From positions 61,520-85,519 of the forward strand of contig NZ_JBHXWI010000006.1 in assembly GCF_042671975.1 (NCBI RefSeq): DNA of 24,000 nt, written 5' to 3'. The translations under genes and the position numbers were made by a program. Below are positions 22,803-24,000 of this stretch, in pieces. Position 1 is the first letter of the stretch. The number at the start of each line of letters is the position of its first letter. The notes under the pieces were generated by a model that ran no database searches, was not told the origin of the DNA, and saw only the letters and a program-made list of their open reading frames with translations. Source of the stretch: Rhodococcus sp. NPDC127593 (GTDB lineage Bacteria; Actinomycetota; Actinomycetes; Mycobacteriales; Mycobacteriaceae).

Positions 22803-22817
22803 ACCCAGCGGGGGTAC
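22801..22817. promoter_or_regulatory. CsoR-type GC-rich pseudo-palindrome (candidate copper-repressor operator)
   Basis: ATACCCAGCGGGGGTAC has the form TACCC-N5-GGGTA. It closely resembles the B. subtilis copZA operator as I remember it (TACCCTACGGGGGTAT). It overlaps the ATG of the DUF6153-like gene. Confidence 0.4.
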
Positions 22818-22861
22818 CCGGACACGTGAGTGACAATGTGTGCCCCGGGACGCGAAAACAC

Positions 22862-23914
22862 TCACATGGGGGTGTGGGCGAGGATCTCCAGACCCTGCTG
22901 GTCGAGTCCCCCGATGGTGTCGGTGAGGATGACGAGTCCGCGGTCGTTCTCGCGGTCGAGCACGACGGTGCACTGGAAACCACCGGTCGCGCCGCCGTGC
23001 AGTGTGTAGTCGCGACCTTCGAACGGGACGATCGACCACGTCAGCGCCCGGTAGTTGTCGCCGATCCACCGCTGGTCCATGGCCGTGCTCCCGGGGACCG
23101 TGCCGTCGATGAGTGCCCGGACGTACGTCGACATGTCGTTCGCCGTGGACCGCAAACCTCCGGCCGGGGCGTACGCGTCCAGCGGCCACGGGTCCTGCGA
23201 CCTGTGCAGGACGTCGAATCCGCGGGTGACGTTCGCGGGCAGGTCGGCGGTGGTGAGCGGCATCCACGACTGCGACAGTCCGAGGGGAACCAGCATGCGC
23301 TCGCGGAGCAGCGACGGGTAGTCGGTGTGCGCGGCCGCGGCCAGCGCCTGGCCGAGCAGCGCGAAGCCGACGGTCGAGTACGAGTACGTGCCGCGGCTCG
23401 TGAGCGGCGCCGACTGCAGTTGCTGCAGCAGGGTGTCCCGGTCGTACGTGAACGGGTTGGACGCGACCACCCAGTGCCCGACGGCCACCACGGTGTCGGT
23501 GCTCATCGGGAACTGCGCCAGCCCGGACGTGTGCGACGCCAGTTCGAGCAGCGTCACGTCGCCGACCGGTGCGCCCTGCAGCGGCAGCACGTCCCCGACC
23601 TTCGTGTCCTCGCGCACCTCACCCCGGGCGACGGCGTCGGCGAACAGTTCCGCGGTGAACGTCTTGGTGACGGAACCGATCTCGAAGTCGGTGTCCTCCG
23701 TGGCCCCGAAATTCGCGAACCGGGTGCCGGCCGCGCCGATGTACGCGACGCTCGCGTTCTCGCGATAGCTGCGCCCGAGGACCTGCCCGGCGAGCGCGAT
23801 CAGTTGCGGATCCCCACTCGACGGCGGGGCCAGCGCCGACGCCACGGGAGCGGCACCCCAGGCGAGGGTCCACGCGCAGAACAGCGCACAGAGGACGGTC
23901 GTTCGACGCAGCAT
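22862..23914 (-). CDS. beta-lactamase-family serine hydrolase (secreted)
   Basis: ATG 23914 lies 5 nt after GAGGAG. The signal peptide is MLRRTTVLCALFCAWTLAWGAAPVASA. The SxxK motif FEIGSVTKTF is present. 350 aa. Confidence 0.75.
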   Translation of the reverse strand: MLRRTTVLCALFCAWTLAWGAAPVASALAPPSSGDPQLIALAGQVLGRSYRENASVAYIGAAGTRFANFGATEDTDFEIGSVTKTFTAELFADAVARGEVREDTKVGDVLPLQGAPVGDVTLLELASHTSGLAQFPMSTDTVVAVGHWVVASNPFTYDRDTLLQQLQSAPLTSRGTYSYSTVGFALLGQALAAAAHTDYPSLLRERMLVPLGLSQSWMPLTTADLPANVTRGFDVLHRSQDPWPLDAYAPAGGLRSTANDMSTYVRALIDGTVPGSTAMDQRWIGDNYRALTWSIVPFEGRDYTLHGGATGGFQCTVVLDRENDRGLVILTDTIGGLDQQGLEILAHTPM

Positions 23915-24000
23915 TGCGGCTCCTCGAGCGCGACGGAACGCGCGCACAGACGATCTCCCCGACCGGAGGCTATTGTGACCCACCCGAACGCCGAGCACTA

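Noticed and set aside
22803-23267. N-terminal extensions of the track ORFs 22392..23267 (291 aa) and 21715..22983 (422 aa).
   Set aside because: The extensions are Arg/His/Pro-rich, overlap the serine hydrolase gene or each other, and lack RBSs. Internal ATGs at 22802 and 22320 give sensible membrane and lipoprotein N-termini.

Overview
This is a 24-kb stretch of a high-GC actinobacterial chromosome. Gene content and order look Corynebacteriales-like (Rhodococcus, Nocardia or Mycobacterium type). All calls come from reading the ORF translations and DNA by eye, with no database search, so family names are motif-based recollections. In order, the window holds: a partial zwf plus a DUF2630-like gene; a three-gene minus-strand operon (anchored Pro/Ser/Thr/Glu repeat protein, ImmA/IrrE-type HExxH peptidase, polytopic membrane protein); a 30-codon hydrophobic ORF; tRNA-Ala(CGC); and the conserved cluster glpR - rimJ - glp(moeA-like) - galU / 5-FCL - fmdB - SAF - mscL. 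Next come four MspA-family porin genes arranged as a tandemly duplicated two-gene unit. After them: a small acidic ORF with no canonical start, moaB - pepD - mprB - mprA, and a TRIC-type channel gene. The right end holds a divergent locus centred on Zur boxes that encodes all five Cys-less alternative ribosomal proteins plus a COG0523-like gene, a DUF6153-like/DUF305 pair behind a CsoR-type palindrome, and a beta-lactamase-family serine hydrolase. Several junctions are TGATG/ATGA stop-start overlaps (1556, 14432, 17581, 19305-19308, 20904). The most unusual items are: (1) the porin duplication, which has a 1,029-bp block of perfect identity with sharp edges next to a diverged 3' part that converts one paralog from strongly acidic to near neutral; (2) an ImmA/IrrE peptidase with no XRE partner, translationally coupled between two membrane proteins; (3) two coding-looking small ORFs that automated annotation would probably miss. 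No transposase, integrase, CRISPR array or rRNA was seen.
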